DNA from: Rebecca billardiae RCC1528
Taxonomy: Eukaryota; Protista; Haptophyta
Reading direction: 5' to 3'
Assembly (NCBI GenBank): GCA_965240325.2
Contig: OZ251231.1
Location: forward strand, 62,001-126,000
Length of the DNA stretch: 64,000 nt
The translations under genes were made by a program, and so were the position numbers. Each line of letters begins with the position of its first letter. Position 1 is the stretch's first letter. This document shows, one piece after another, positions 1 to 11,772 of the stretch. A model generated the notes under the pieces. It did no database searches. It was given only the letters and a program-made list of their open reading frames with translations, and had not been told where the DNA came from.

Positions 1-686
1 TTGTCGAGCTTGAGATGCTTCCGTTCGGCGTGCGCTTGCTTGCAGCTTGCCGCCTGCATTTGAACGTGATCGCGGAAGGTTAGTAGGCCGGATGCTCAGG
101 CCTCCTCGGCGTATATAATATTACAAGGTGCGTGCCACGCGCACCCATGACGCGCGGAAAGGCGTGCACACGCGTCCTCGCGCATCTTTCAGGCTGCAGT
201 CTTGGCCAAGATGATGAGAACAAGCCTGCCAGTGCCGCGCAGGCGCGAGCGCGCGGAGAGTTCTGGGATCCGACCCATGGTGTTGGGTGTACCTCGTGTG
301 CGACAACGACGAGGCGGACGAGCGCCGCAACTCAGGATTCGTGCACTCACCGGTCACCGAGGAGCCTGCACGTGAATCGCATTCCTTGCGCACGTGGGGG
401 CCGCCATCGGCCGTGAGAGGTACACCCAACGGGGCGTGACACCGATTCCCACTGGCGAGCACGGGTTTGTCGCCGTGACATAGTAAATGGAATCTGGTAG
501 AAATAAAACAGGCCGGCGGCCCGTCGCGGGTCCCTCGGGCCGTCGGGCTCGCGCCCTCGCGGGCCGACGTCACGACTCGCGGACTCCTCATCTGTCCTCA
601 GCTCACTGCTGCATCATGCCGCTCGGCGGCTGTCGACGCGCGACACGGCGCATCCGTCGGATGCGGCGCCGACGCGCCACGCCCCC

Positions 687-3001
687 TCAGTCATCGTCGT
701 CGTCGTCCATCGGCGCGGCCGGCTGCTGCGCGGCGGCGGCGGACGGCCCGCCGCCGCCCCCGCCCGCGCCCGCGGCGAGCGTGAGCGGCAGCCCGTCCGC
801 GCGGCCGCCGGCGCCGCCGGCGCCGCGGCCGCCGAGCGCGGCCGCGCCGCCAAAGTGCTCGCCCAGCAGCTCCTCGGTCTCGAGCAGGTCGGCGAGCCCG
901 CCCACGCGCTGCGCGTCGTGCGCGAGCGCGGCGTCCCAGTAGTGCGCCGCGCCGCGCTCGGCCAGCCACCTGCGCGCCGCCTCTGCCGAGCGCACCTGCT
1001 CCACCTGCGGCCGCGCGGGAGGCGCCGCGCGTGCGCGCGCGCGGCCGCGCGCACACGCGGGGCGCGCGGCGTGAGCGGCGGCGGCGGCGGCGGCGGGCGC
1101 TGCGCGCGCGCGCGCGCGCGCAGCGCGCACGGTGAACCCCTTGAAGAAGGGCTTGGCGACGAGGCCGCGCCACACGAGCGCGCAGCTCGGCCGGTGCGCC
1201 GGCCTTGCCCTGAGCCCCGCGCCCGCCTCCGCCGCCTGTGCCGCCGCCTCGCCCTCCGCCTCCCAGCCCTCGTCCCACCGGATGCGCCGCAGCATCAGCG
1301 CGGCGTACGGCTTGTGCGCGCGCGCGCCGCCCTCGACGACGACGAGGTGGCATCCCGAGAAGCCGCCGTCCGCGGGCGCGGAGGAGGCGGCGTGCGCGTG
1401 CGGCCCCTGCTGCCCCTGCCCCTGCCCCTGCGGCCCGAACGGCCCCACGAGCAGACACACGCCTGAGAGCGCGAGCTGCTGCGCGTTGATGTCCACCTTG
1501 TGCAGCTTCTGCCGGTCCGCGATGTGGGAGACCTTGTACACGCACACGTGCACGCCCTCCGCCAGGTCGCGCGCCGCGCGCTCGCGCCGCTTCTGCTGCC
1601 GCTGGTCCTTGCTCAGACGGCTCTCCTCGTTGCGCCGCGCGTGCGCCGCCTCGCGCGCCGCCACCTGCTGCCGCACGCGCGCCTCGATGGCGGAGGGGTT
1701 GGCGACGGCCGACTCGCCGAGCGCGCGCATCAGGTTGGAGAGCTTCACCTTGGGCTCGGGCGGCGCGGCGAGCCCGGCGCGCACCGCGTCCTGCCTCTCG
1801 CGCTCCTGCGCGTGCCGCCGCTGCGTGCGCAGCTTGCGCCGCTCCTTGGCCGTGAGCGGCAGCGGCTGCGGCGGCGGCGGCGGCCGCTCGGCGGGCGGCG
1901 CGACCGGCGGCGGGTGCTCGACGTAGTGCGTGACGCGCTCGGGCTCGACGCCGTGCGCGTACGCCGGCGCGACGCGCCCGTCCGCGCCCGCCGCCTGCCG
2001 CGCGATCTGCGCGTCCCACCACTCGATCGGCGGCGGCGGCTGCGGCGCAAACAGCCCGGAGGACACGGCCGCGGCCGCGCGCGCGCGCGCCGCCTCGGCC
2101 GCGGCCGCGGCCGGGTCGGCGGGCGGCGGCGCGTGCGGCGGGCCCGCGGCGGGCTCCTGCGCGCCCGCCTGCGCGGCGCGCGCGGCGAACAGCGCGTCCA
2201 CGCGCGCCTGCGCGCGCAGCTCCTCTGCCTGCGCGCTCAGCTCGCCCGGCGCGTGGAAGGCAAGCCCGCGCCGGCCGCGCGCCGCGCGCGCCGCGCCCGA
2301 CGGGTCGGCGGGCGGGCCGGCGGCGGCGGGGCCGATGGCGCGCGCGCCGCCGCCGCGCGCGTGCCCCGCCCCCTCGCCCAGGTGCGCCAGGTACGGGTTT
2401 GGCCGCGCGGCGGCCGCGCGCTCCTGCGCGGCGCGGTTTGCCTGTGTGGCGCGGAGCGCGCGGCGCGGAGGGCGCGGGTGAGGGCGGCGGCTGAGCGCGC
2501 GCGCGGGGCGGGTGGGGGTTGCGGCGCGGTCGAATCCGCGCGCACCTTGACCGTCGCGGTCGGCGCGCTCGCGCTCTGCACGACGCGCCCGGACGCGCTG
2601 TCGACGAGGTTGCCCGCGCCGTCCAGGACCAGAGACGCGTGCAGGCCCGAGGAGGCGGCGGCGGCGGGGCGCGGGGCGGCGTGCGCGGCGGGGGGCGGCG
2701 GGGCGTGCGCGGCGGCCGGCCGGCCGGGCGCGCCCGCGCCGCCGCCCGCCGCCGCGGCGGGGAGCTTGCCCGCCGCGGCGAGGCCGGCGAGCTGCGCCTT
2801 GACCGCGCCCGCGCGCTGCAGCGCCTCGCGCGCGCGCGCCTTGGCGGCGGCGATGGCGGCGGCGTCGAGGGCGGGCGGGGGCGGGGGCGCGGCGGTGGCG
2901 GCCTGCGCCGCGTCGTTGGCCTCGGCGCCCGCGCCCCACCGGCTCCGCTTCGGCGCGGGCGGATCCGCCGGCGCGTCCTTGCGCTTCGCCGTGTCGGCCA
3001 T
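687..3001 (-). CDS. PRPF3: U4/U6 snRNP splicing factor Prp3; exons 3001-2546, 2441-1131, 1004-687
   Basis: Motifs IEWWD, VTHYVEHP, LTAKERRKLRTQRR, PEPKVKLSNLMRALG, KVDINAQQLALSG, VVVEGG, CALVWRG and HYWD match Prp3. Introns 2442-2545 and 1005-1130 (GTGCGC...CAG) join in frame. Confidence 0.93.
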
Positions 3002-3130
3002 CGTGGCCCAAAGCGGAGACACGCCGCCGTCGCGCCACTGCGCGGCGGCCGAGCCGGAGGGTCTGCACCCGTCCGGCACGGCCCGCGCGACGAATTTCTG
3101 CTTGCCGCGCAGCTCATGAACGGGCGGAGG

Positions 3131-5593
3131 ATGGCCGCTCCGCGGGTCGCGCTCGCCGCCGCGCTGCTCGCGGCGAGCGCGGCGCGCGGGCGCGGCGCGC
3201 TCTCGGCGCGGCTGCGGCCGTACGCGCGCCCCGCGCCGGAGATCGTCGCGCTGCTCGAGCGGCGCGGTGCCGCCGGCTGCGACGCGCGCGCCGCCGCCGC
3301 CGACCCGGGCGGGTGGCTCGGCGGCGGCGCGTCGCTGTGCGATCTCGTGCGCGCGGACGCGTCGGCGCCGGCGCCCGCGCCGGGGCTGGCGCGCTGGCGC
3401 GAGCTGTGCGAGGCGCTGCGGCCGCACGCGACCAACCTCACCCTCGCGCACTACGCGCACACCCACGCGCGCGGCGCCACCTTTGGCGAGGTCGCGGACG
3501 CGGCCGAGGTCGTGGGCGCGCGCGCGCTGCAGCTGATGCTCCAGTTCCTGCTCGGGCTGGCGCCGCGGTGGGAGGTGCGCGCGGCGCGGCGGCCGACGTC
3601 GCCCGACGAGCTCTCGCGGCTCAACCGCGCCGCCGCCGCCGTCGTCGTCGGCCCCGGCCCGCTCCTCGGCGCGGGCGCGGCGGCGGCGGCCGGGCGCGGC
3701 GGGCGCGCGTCCGGCTGGGGCTGGGGCGCGCACCGCACGCACGTGCTCGGGCTGCGCGCGCCGCTCTTCGTGGCGGGCGCCGAGTGGAACGGCGCGGCGC
3801 ACGGGGCGGACGCCGCCGCGCGCGCCGCGCACGCCGCGCAGCAGGCCGACTCGCTCGAGGCGCTCGCGCGCGCCGCCGCCGCCACGGTCGGTGTCGGCTC
3901 CTCGGCCGCGCTCGGCCACGCCGCCGGCGCGTTCGGCCGAGCCGACAAGGCGTGGCGCAAGCGGGGCGGCGGCGGGGTGGGCGGGACGCGGCGGCTCGAG
4001 TGGCGCGAGCGGCTGGCGTACCAGCCGTGCCCCACCGCGCTCCTCGCGCTCCTCCACCCGTGCCTCCGCGCGCCGCCGCGCCCCGCGGGCCGCGTGCTCG
4101 CCGTGCGCGCGGACGCGGCCGCGCTCGGCGGCGCCGCGCGCGCGCAGCTGTGCGCGTGGCTGGCGCGCGCGCACGGCGCGGGCTGGCGCGTGCACGCCGT
4201 GCAGCTCGGCCCGCGCGACACGGCGCTCTCCAACGCGCTGCGCCGCGCGTCCGTGCCGCACGAGCGCGTACCGCTCGGGCAGACGGCCGCGCGCTCCGCG
4301 CCGAGAGGCGGCGCGGACGGCGGCGCGGACGCGCGGCAGCGCGCGCTGTGGGCGGGCGCACTCGGCTACTACCGCACGGTGGCGGTGGCCGCGTCCACGC
4401 CCGGTCTGGGCGTGAGCATCCCGTGGGGGCTCGGCGTGCCCACGCTCGCGCTGCTCCCGCCGCCCCGCGGCGGCGCCGTTGCCGAGGGCGCAGCCGCCGG
4501 CCTCGAGGCCGACGCGGGCGGCGGCGCGCCGCTCGGCGTGCAGCTGGGCGCGCCGCCGGCGGCGGCGGCGGCGGCGGCTCAGGGCGGCGGCGGCGCGCGC
4601 GAGCGGCGGCGCTCGGTCGAGGACGCGCTCACGGCCGCGCTCTCGCGGCTGCACGACTCGCGCGAGAGCGTGGCGCGCGCGATGGCGCGCGCGCAGCGCA
4701 ACCTGCTCGGCGCGTCCGCCGCCAACGCGCACCGGCTCGGGCTGCAGCTGCTCGCGCGCGCAGCAGACCTGGCCGCGGACGCGGCGCTGCGCGCGCAGCC
4801 CGGCCGCACGCTCGAGGCGCTCAGGGGCGCGCACGCGGGCGAGGACGTGTACGTCCTCGCCTCGGGCAAGTCCCTCGACTACGTCGAGCCCGCCTTCTTC
4901 GCGGGGCGCGTGACGGTGGGCGTGAACCAAGCGTACCGCCGCTTCGCCAACCTGAGCTATCTGGTGCGCAAGGAGGGCATCGGCGGGGGCGTGGGCAGCT
5001 TTGGCGAGGCGGTGGCGCGCGCGGGCGCGCGCACGACGCACGTCGTCGCGCGCGGCGCGTCCGGGCTGCCCAACAGCGACAACCTCCGCGCGGCCGTCAC
5101 GCAGTGGGACCACCTGGGCCCGCGGCTGGTCGTGTTCGAGCATGGCTGCCACACCGAGCTGTGCAACGGCTCGAGGGTGCGGGGCCTGCCGCCGGAGGGC
5201 GAGGGGCTGGTCGTGAGCAGCTCGACCGTCACCAGCGCCCTCCACCTCGCCGCGCACATGGGCGCGCGCGCGGTCATCCTCGCCGGGCACGACGCGGGCA
5301 GGTTGGACGGCGAGACCAACTACCGCGGCTACCACACGGCGCAGACGCTCGGCATCGCGTGGGGCGCGCACGTGACCACCAACACGGGCGCGCGCGTGCG
5401 CAACGCGGACGCGTACGCCGCGTGGCTCGGCGGCTCGCTCGGCAACATCGACATCGAGGCGGACACGGTGGCGCTGCGCGCGCTGCTGCGCGTGCGCTAC
5501 CCGGGCCTGCACGTGCACTCGCTCAACCCGTTTGTCGACCTCGCGCTCGAGGGGCACGCGTTCGAGCGCCTCGGCAAGAAGCGGCGGCGCTGA
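3131..5593 (+). CDS. Signal-peptide protein with C-terminal DUF115/MAF_flag10 (MptE-like) putative glycosyltransferase domain
   Basis: Hydrophobic N-terminus MAAPRVALAAALLAASAARG. C-terminal motifs LRGAHAGEDVYVLASGKSL, TVGVN and SSTVTSALHLAAHMGARAVILAGHD. Intronless, high GC3. Confidence 0.7.
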   Translation: MAAPRVALAAALLAASAARGRGALSARLRPYARPAPEIVALLERRGAAGCDARAAAADPGGWLGGGASLCDLVRADASAPAPAPGLARWRELCEALRPHATNLTLAHYAHTHARGATFGEVADAAEVVGARALQLMLQFLLGLAPRWEVRAARRPTSPDELSRLNRAAAAVVVGPGPLLGAGAAAAAGRGGRASGWGWGAHRTHVLGLRAPLFVAGAEWNGAAHGADAAARAAHAAQQADSLEALARAAAATVGVGSSAALGHAAGAFGRADKAWRKRGGGGVGGTRRLEWRERLAYQPCPTALLALLHPCLRAPPRPAGRVLAVRADAAALGGAARAQLCAWLARAHGAGWRVHAVQLGPRDTALSNALRRASVPHERVPLGQTAARSAPRGGADGGADARQRALWAGALGYYRTVAVAASTPGLGVSIPWGLGVPTLALLPPPRGGAVAEGAAAGLEADAGGGAPLGVQLGAPPAAAAAAAQGGGGARERRRSVEDALTAALSRLHDSRESVARAMARAQRNLLGASAANAHRLGLQLLARAADLAADAALRAQPGRTLEALRGAHAGEDVYVLASGKSLDYVEPAFFAGRVTVGVNQAYRRFANLSYLVRKEGIGGGVGSFGEAVARAGARTTHVVARGASGLPNSDNLRAAVTQWDHLGPRLVVFEHGCHTELCNGSRVRGLPPEGEGLVVSSSTVTSALHLAAHMGARAVILAGHDAGRLDGETNYRGYHTAQTLGIAWGAHVTTNTGARVRNADAYAAWLGGSLGNIDIEADTVALRALLRVRYPGLHVHSLNPFVDLALEGHAFERLGKKRRR

Positions 5594-6301
5594 GCGAGTC
5601 TGACGACGCAGCGCGGGCCGCGCGGCCTGCCCGCGGCGCGGCTCTATCTAGCGTAGTCGTGGCGGCTCGTCTCAGCCGTCACGCCGTCTGCGTGCCGGCC
5701 CGTGGGCGGAGACGTCGACCGTGCCGCAGTGGGCGGGCCGCGCTGGCGGCGCGGGCCCGGTCGTCCGTGCTTACGGTGTCACGTGAAGCAGTCGATCGTC
5801 CCGAAATACGCGTCTCACAGACTCACAGGTCATCCCCGGAATCCGTCGCCAGGCCGCCGAACCGCGCTGCCAGCGGCAGCGGTCATAGTGCAGACACTTG
5901 GGCGGCGGTTAACTACGTAGTAATCATCAAGGCACTCGACATGCCGATGTGCGTCGTCCGATCTCATCATCAAGCTGACATCAATGTATTCATAAATAAT
6001 TATAATGTAATACGTCCCGCGCCCAACCGGCGTCGCGCCCTGTGGCCTGTCCGGTCCCGCGGTCCGCCAGCGCGGGGACCGCGGCGCCAGCAGCGCGCGG
6101 TCCAGCGCAGCAGACTTGCTGCGCCAGTCAGGGATCGTCGAGCAGTGCTGAATGCGATCTGCGTCAGCCTCTGTTGCTGCAGATGCATCCGACGGTCAAT
6201 CGGCGCCTCAGCGTCGGGCGCGCACGGCACGCACGCGGCGCATGCGCGCGGCTGCGCCTCCCCGCCGAGCGGAGCGCGCGCCGTGCAGCGCGCGCAGCGG
6301 C

Positions 6302-6601
6302 TCACTTCTTCTTGGTGGCGCGCGCACGCGCAGGCTTGGCCGCGGGCTTCTTCGCCGGCGCCTTCTTGGTCGCGGGCTTCTTCGCCGGCGCCTTCTTCGC
6401 CGGCGCCTTCTTCGCCGGCGAGGCCTTCTTGGTCGGCGGCTTCTTGGCGGGCCGCTTGGCGGGCGACGGCTTCTTCGCCGCGGGCTTCTTGGCGATGGCG
6501 GCCTTGGGCTTGGCGGCGGGCTTCTTGACGGGCGAGGCCTTCTTCGCGGCGGGCTTGGCTGCCCTCGCCTTCTTTGGTGATGCTCCCTTCGTGGCGGCCA
6601 T
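6302..6601 (-). CDS. Histone H1-like Lys/Ala/Pro-rich protein (99 aa) without globular domain
   Basis: MAATKGASPKK... followed by repeated PAKK/SPAKK/KPAAKK units, with mostly AAG Lys codons. Confidence 0.8.
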   Translation of the reverse strand: MAATKGASPKKARAAKPAAKKASPVKKPAAKPKAAIAKKPAAKKPSPAKRPAKKPPTKKASPAKKAPAKKAPAKKPATKKAPAKKPAAKPARARATKKK

Positions 6602-8383
6602 GGCTGTGCTCGGCGGTGCGGGCTCGACGGGCGGTGTCGAAGTCAAATTGGCGGCGTGGGCGGGCGGTGCTGCGGTGTGCAGCGGGCGCACAAACGCGAC
6701 AGGAGGGGCCGGTGTTTCGGGATCGGCCAGTTTTGCATGGCCGTTTCGTAACAGCTCGCCGATCTTCGAATACACGCGGAGAGCTCGATTTCGTCAATCG
6801 GAAGATTCCTCTCGTTGGCACCACTGGGGACACGGCACCCAGGGTCGGAGAAAATCGGCGCGCTTTTTATTTCCGCTTTTCATTTATTCAGCCGCGCGCT
6901 TCGCGGCGGCCGCGTGCGTCTCGGGCGAGCGGGCGACGGCGCCGCGCTCCCGAGCGTGTGGACGATCCCGCGAGCGCAGAGCCAGCGAGCTAAGCTGGGC
7001 AGTCGTGCTGAAGTGCCATGCGCCGCTTCGCGCCGCGCATCGCATTCGGCTGTACTTGCCTCGGGCCAGCATGTCTGTGCACACCGCCACACGGCCAGCC
7101 GCTCCCCCGCGTGCGCCATTCGAGGCGAGACAAACACGGAGCGTGCGCTTCCGCGTGGCGAGGCCTACACTGTACGCACGGCGCTGCCTTGCGCCGCCGC
7201 GCATGAGCGCGGGTCCGCGAACAGCTGCGTTCAGGTGTGCTGATTGCATCCTTCATACGATTCGATTGGTCGAACAAGCGCTCTAGCCCGGCGACGACGT
7301 TGCAGCGCACGCCATGCTGATCTGCGGTGACGCGCAGCATGTGCGCTCGCGCGGAGTGCCCGCACACGTGCCTGCTGTCCAGCTCTGCCCCGGCATTGAC
7401 CTCCCTGACTTGTGCTCCGACGTCAATCTTGGCCCGAGGTAGTACGTACATGCATGCGCGCTGATGCAGAACATACCTGAACGAGGCCCATGGCCTGCAT
7501 GGATGTGCCTCCTCGGATGACACGGCGCGTGCATGAATGTGTGTACACTACCTCGTCAAGCAGTAGCTCACGCCTGGACGTTCGTGTCGAACTTCACGGT
7601 GCGCATCACGCACGCACGGTCAGCCTTGATGGACGGCACCCATGCAGCCGGAAGGCAGCATCAGCCTGCCCAAGACGTGAGCATCCAGCCCCGACGCCGC
7701 TTCCGGGGCCTGAATGGCGCGCGCTCCTTTCACGCGAGAATGTGCTCACTACATCACTATCCAGCAGGGCGCATGTCAGTGCTTTCCATGCTCACACGAC
7801 CCTTGCCGTAGGTCGATGCCGACAGCTGCGTGATGCTCGATCGTGCCAGTTTGACGGCTGTGTGACCAGTGCAGATGCGCATGCCAGGCAGCGTACTGTG
7901 ACGAGCGATGACGCGTGCACAAACTACCTGGGCATTGCCCAGTGCAACCAAGTGCCGGACGCCGACGCCGCTGCTCGCGGCACGCGTGCAGTCAGCCGAG
8001 GAATGCACACAACTTCCTTGTCGTTAATGTTGGTGCGGCGCACGCGATGGCCTGAGGCGCGGCGGATGCAGTGATTCCGAACGGCGAGCGGTGGAACGAC
8101 GCAAATAGCTGCTCTTCAGCCGCGCTCAACCACGCGCACCGCCTTCGCGGGCACGCAACTACCGCAGGAGGGCGCGCAGTCGGCGCCCATCTCGCCCCTC
8201 CAGCGCCGCCCAGCGCGCTGTTAGTGCAGCCGCCAGCGGCAGAGGTTGGTGGTGCTCTCACGGCATCACCAACATATTCGGAAAAGAAAATCCCCACCCG
8301 AAATTCCTGCGCCCAGTGGCAACCAGACCGGGCCCGTTGCGCAGCATGAGCGCGCGCCGATCGCGAGGCCTCCGCCGCGCGAA

Positions 8384-8405
8384 TCAGGAGGCCTCCTCCT
8401 CCTCC

Positions 8406-8437
<32 letters not shown>

Positions 8438-9915
8438 CGGCGCCGCGGCGAGCAGCGCGGCGCACGCCGTCTCGAGCCGCGGCGCGTCGTGCTGCGCGCC
8501 GAACGCGCCGAGCGAGCGCAGCCACGCGCGCAGCTGCGCGGCGTCCTCCTCCTCGCCGCCCGGCGCGGCCGCGGGCGCGGCGGCGCCGAGCTGCTCGGCG
8601 GCGGCGAGCGCGTGGTCGATCAGCGCGCCCTGCGCGATCTGCGTCAGCCCGCCCAGGCAGAGCACCGACGCCGCGCGCAGCACCTCGGTGCAGAAGCCGA
8701 CCGGCGCGGCGGCGCCCGCGTCGTCCGCCGCCGCCGCCTCCGGCACGAGCTGTGCGCAGCCCGCCCACGCGGCGAACTGCGCGAGCAGCCGGCCGCACGC
8801 GCCGCGCTCGGCGAGGCCCTCGCCCCCGCCGTCGGGCGCGTACGCGTACGCCAGCGCCGCGCGCGTCGCGCGCGGCGCCAGCCCGTACCCGCTCAGGTCG
8901 AGCTCGGCGCGGCCCGCGTCGGTGAAGTAGGTTGCAGCGAGCAGCGTGCGGAAGTAGGCACAGCCCGCGCCGAGGAGCGCGCGGTGGGCGGGGACGACGC
9001 ACGGCGCGGCGGGGTCGGCGCTCACCACGATGCGCAGGTCGGCGTGCAGCCCGTCGGCGAGCACGCGCGCGCACTCGCCCAGCCACTCGTCCTCCGCCGC
9101 GCCGGACGGGCCGCGCAGCGCGGCCGCGCACGGCGGCGGCGGCTGCGGCGGCGGCTCGGGGCGCACGTCGGCGCCCAGGCCGTCGGCGCGGCCGTGGAGG
9201 TGGCGCGCGCGCCACGCGAGCGCGTGCTCGCGCAGCCCGGGCACGTGCATCGCCTTCGCCAGCGCGAGCAGCGGGCGCAGCAGCGGCAGGCTCAGCCGCT
9301 CCGTGCCGCGCGTGTGCGCCCACTCAAGAGCGGCGCCAAACGCGCGCGCGGACGCGCGCGGCAGGCGCAGCGGCTGCGGGGCGAGGCGGCGGCGCGCGGG
9401 CGGGGCGCGCGAGGGGCGCGCTCGGGCCGGAGCGGCGCGCTTCGACGCGCGCGCGCGCGCGCGCACGCGCACGCGCCGCACCTCGCCGTGCGCGCGCGCG
9501 CAGTAGCGGCCGCTGAGCGCGTGCGCGGCCGCCAGCCACGGCCACGCGCGCGCGAGCACGCACGCGTGGCAGCGGAAGAGCCGCGCGTCCGCGCCCTCGC
9601 CGACGAGGAAGGCGGCGTCGGCGAGCTCGGAGAGCAGCGGGTCGGCGCGCAGCAGCGCGTGCCGCACGCCGCGCGCCGCCGCGCGCCGCTGCGCGCCCGC
9701 GCTGTCCGCGACGAGCGCGATCGCGTGCCGCGCGCCGAGCGCGAGGCCGCGCACGCGCGCGCCGTCGAGCGCCTCGACGCGCCGCGGGCTCAGCTGGTAG
9801 CGCGCGCCGCCGTGGCCGAGGATGCCCGCCGTGCCCCAGCCGAAGGTGGCGACGCGCCCGCCCTCGAGGAGCAGCGCCGTCTGCAGGTGCCCGCAGCGCA
9901 CGCCCTCCACGCTGC

Positions 9916-9947
<32 letters not shown>

Positions 9948-11772
9948 TCAGCGCGCGGCGCGGCGCGCGGCGCGGCGCGACGGCGCGGCGCGGCGCGGCG
10001 CGGCCGCCCGGAGTGGCGTGCGCGCGGCGCGGCGGAGCGCGCGCGCACCGGCCGAGCTCGGCGGGCACGCGTACGCGCTGCGCCGTCGCGAACACGCGGC
10101 GCGCCTCGCCGCGCGCGCCGTCGTCGCCCGCCGCGGTCTGCGCGTACTCGGCGTGGCCCTGCGAGGGCGAGGCGGCGCGCCGCGCCGCGCCGCGCCGCGC
10201 AGCGTTGAGGCGCCGCGCCGCGCAGCGTTGAGGCGCAGAGCCGGCGGCGGCGCGCGGCGCGCCGCGCGCGCAAGCCGTGCGCGCGCGCGTGGGCTGCGGG
10301 CGGCGCGGCGCGCGCACCCACGCGTACACGGCGCCGCCCGCGGTGAGCGCGACGCTGTGGTTCGCGCCGCACGCCACCGCCACGCAGCGCTCGCCCTCGC
10401 CCGCCTCCGCGCCCGCCTCCGCGCCCGCCTCCGCGCCCGCCTCCGCGCCCGCCTCCGCGCCCGCCTCGGCGCTGGGCTCGGCCACGCTCACCGCGCCCGG
10501 CCGCGGCCGGTCTGCGAGCGCGCCCGCGCCCAGCGCTCCGAACACGCCCAGGCCCCAGCTGTACACGCGGCCGTCGTCGGCGAGCGCGAGGGAGTGCTGC
10601 TGCCCGCACGCCACGTCCGCCACGCGCACGCCCGCCGCGACCAGCGTCTCCACGAGCCGCGGCGCCGGCACCGAGTGGCGGTCGCCTGCGGGGCGCGCGC
10701 GCCGATGCATGGGCGCGCGCGGGGGCGTGGGGCGGGGCAGCGCTCAGCGCGCGCGGCGCGTGCGAGGGCGGGGCCGACGGCCTGCGCGCGGTGCGAGCCG
10801 CGCGCGCCCCGCACCGTGCCCGCACTGGAAGCGGTCGTTCAGCCCGAACGTGTACAGCTGGCCTCCACACGCCACCACCGCGCCAAAGTTGTAGCCGCCG
10901 CACACGCGCAGCGCGCGCAGAGCGGGGCCGAACGGGCGGAGGCGCGCGGCGACGGCGCGGAGCTCGAGGTGCGCGGAGCCGGAGAGCGCCGCCTCGGTGG
11001 GCAGCGGCGGCGGCGGCGGCGCGCTCGAGCCCGCGGCCGAGCCACCCCCCCCGCCGCCGCCGCCGCCGCCGTCGCCGTCGCCGCCGCCGCCGCTCCCGAC
11101 AGCCACCGCCGACGCCGCCGACGCGCCCGCGCCGACGCCGGGAGCGGCGTGCGCGCGCGCCGCGGGCGGCGAGCCGCCGGCCTCGTCCTCCGCCGGCGCG
11201 CCCAGGTACTCGTTGAGCGAGTGCGCCACCATGCGCAGCGTGCGCTGCGAGGCGGTCGCGCTGCCAAACGCGCCGTTGCCCGCGTCGCCACGGAACGCGG
11301 CCGCGCCCTCGCCCGTCTCGGGCGCGCGCGGGCCGCCGCGGCGGGGCAGCGCGCGCGCCGCGGCGGCGCGGTAGTCGCCGGGCCGGTAGATCCCGCCCCA
11401 CGCGTACAGCTCGCCCGCCGCGCTGATCGCGAACGAGGCGTTCCAGCCGGCGCCGAGCGCGACGACGCGCTCGTGCGCGAGCGAGCCCACGAGGGCGGGC
11501 GCGGGGACGAGGTCGGCGTCCGGCGTGCCGGGGTCGGAGGGCTGGCCGCACTGGCGCTCGCGGTTCCGCCCGTACGCGTACACGTTGCCGAACGCGTCGA
11601 GCAGCAGCGTGTGGTGCTCGCCGCACGCGATCGCCTCAACGCAGCCGGCGATCGGCGCGCGCGCGCCCTCGGGCAGCGCGCGCGGCAGCCACACGCTTTC
11701 CGCGCCGTCGGCGCGCGCGGCGGCGGGGTCGGCGGAGCCGGCGAAGCGCGCGTCGCCCCACGCGGCGAGCAT
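8384..11772 (-). CDS. RCC1-repeat plus BTB/POZ domain protein; introns 10686-10814, 10159-10317, 9912-10048, 9374-9481
   Basis: RCC1 repeats (IACGEHHTLLL..VYAYG, VACGQQHSLAL..VYSWG, VACGANHSVAL). BTB motifs ADAAFLVG..FRCHACVLARA and ADLRIVV..VPAHRALLGAGCAYFRTLL. The four GTGCG...CAG introns splice in frame. Confidence 0.85.
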
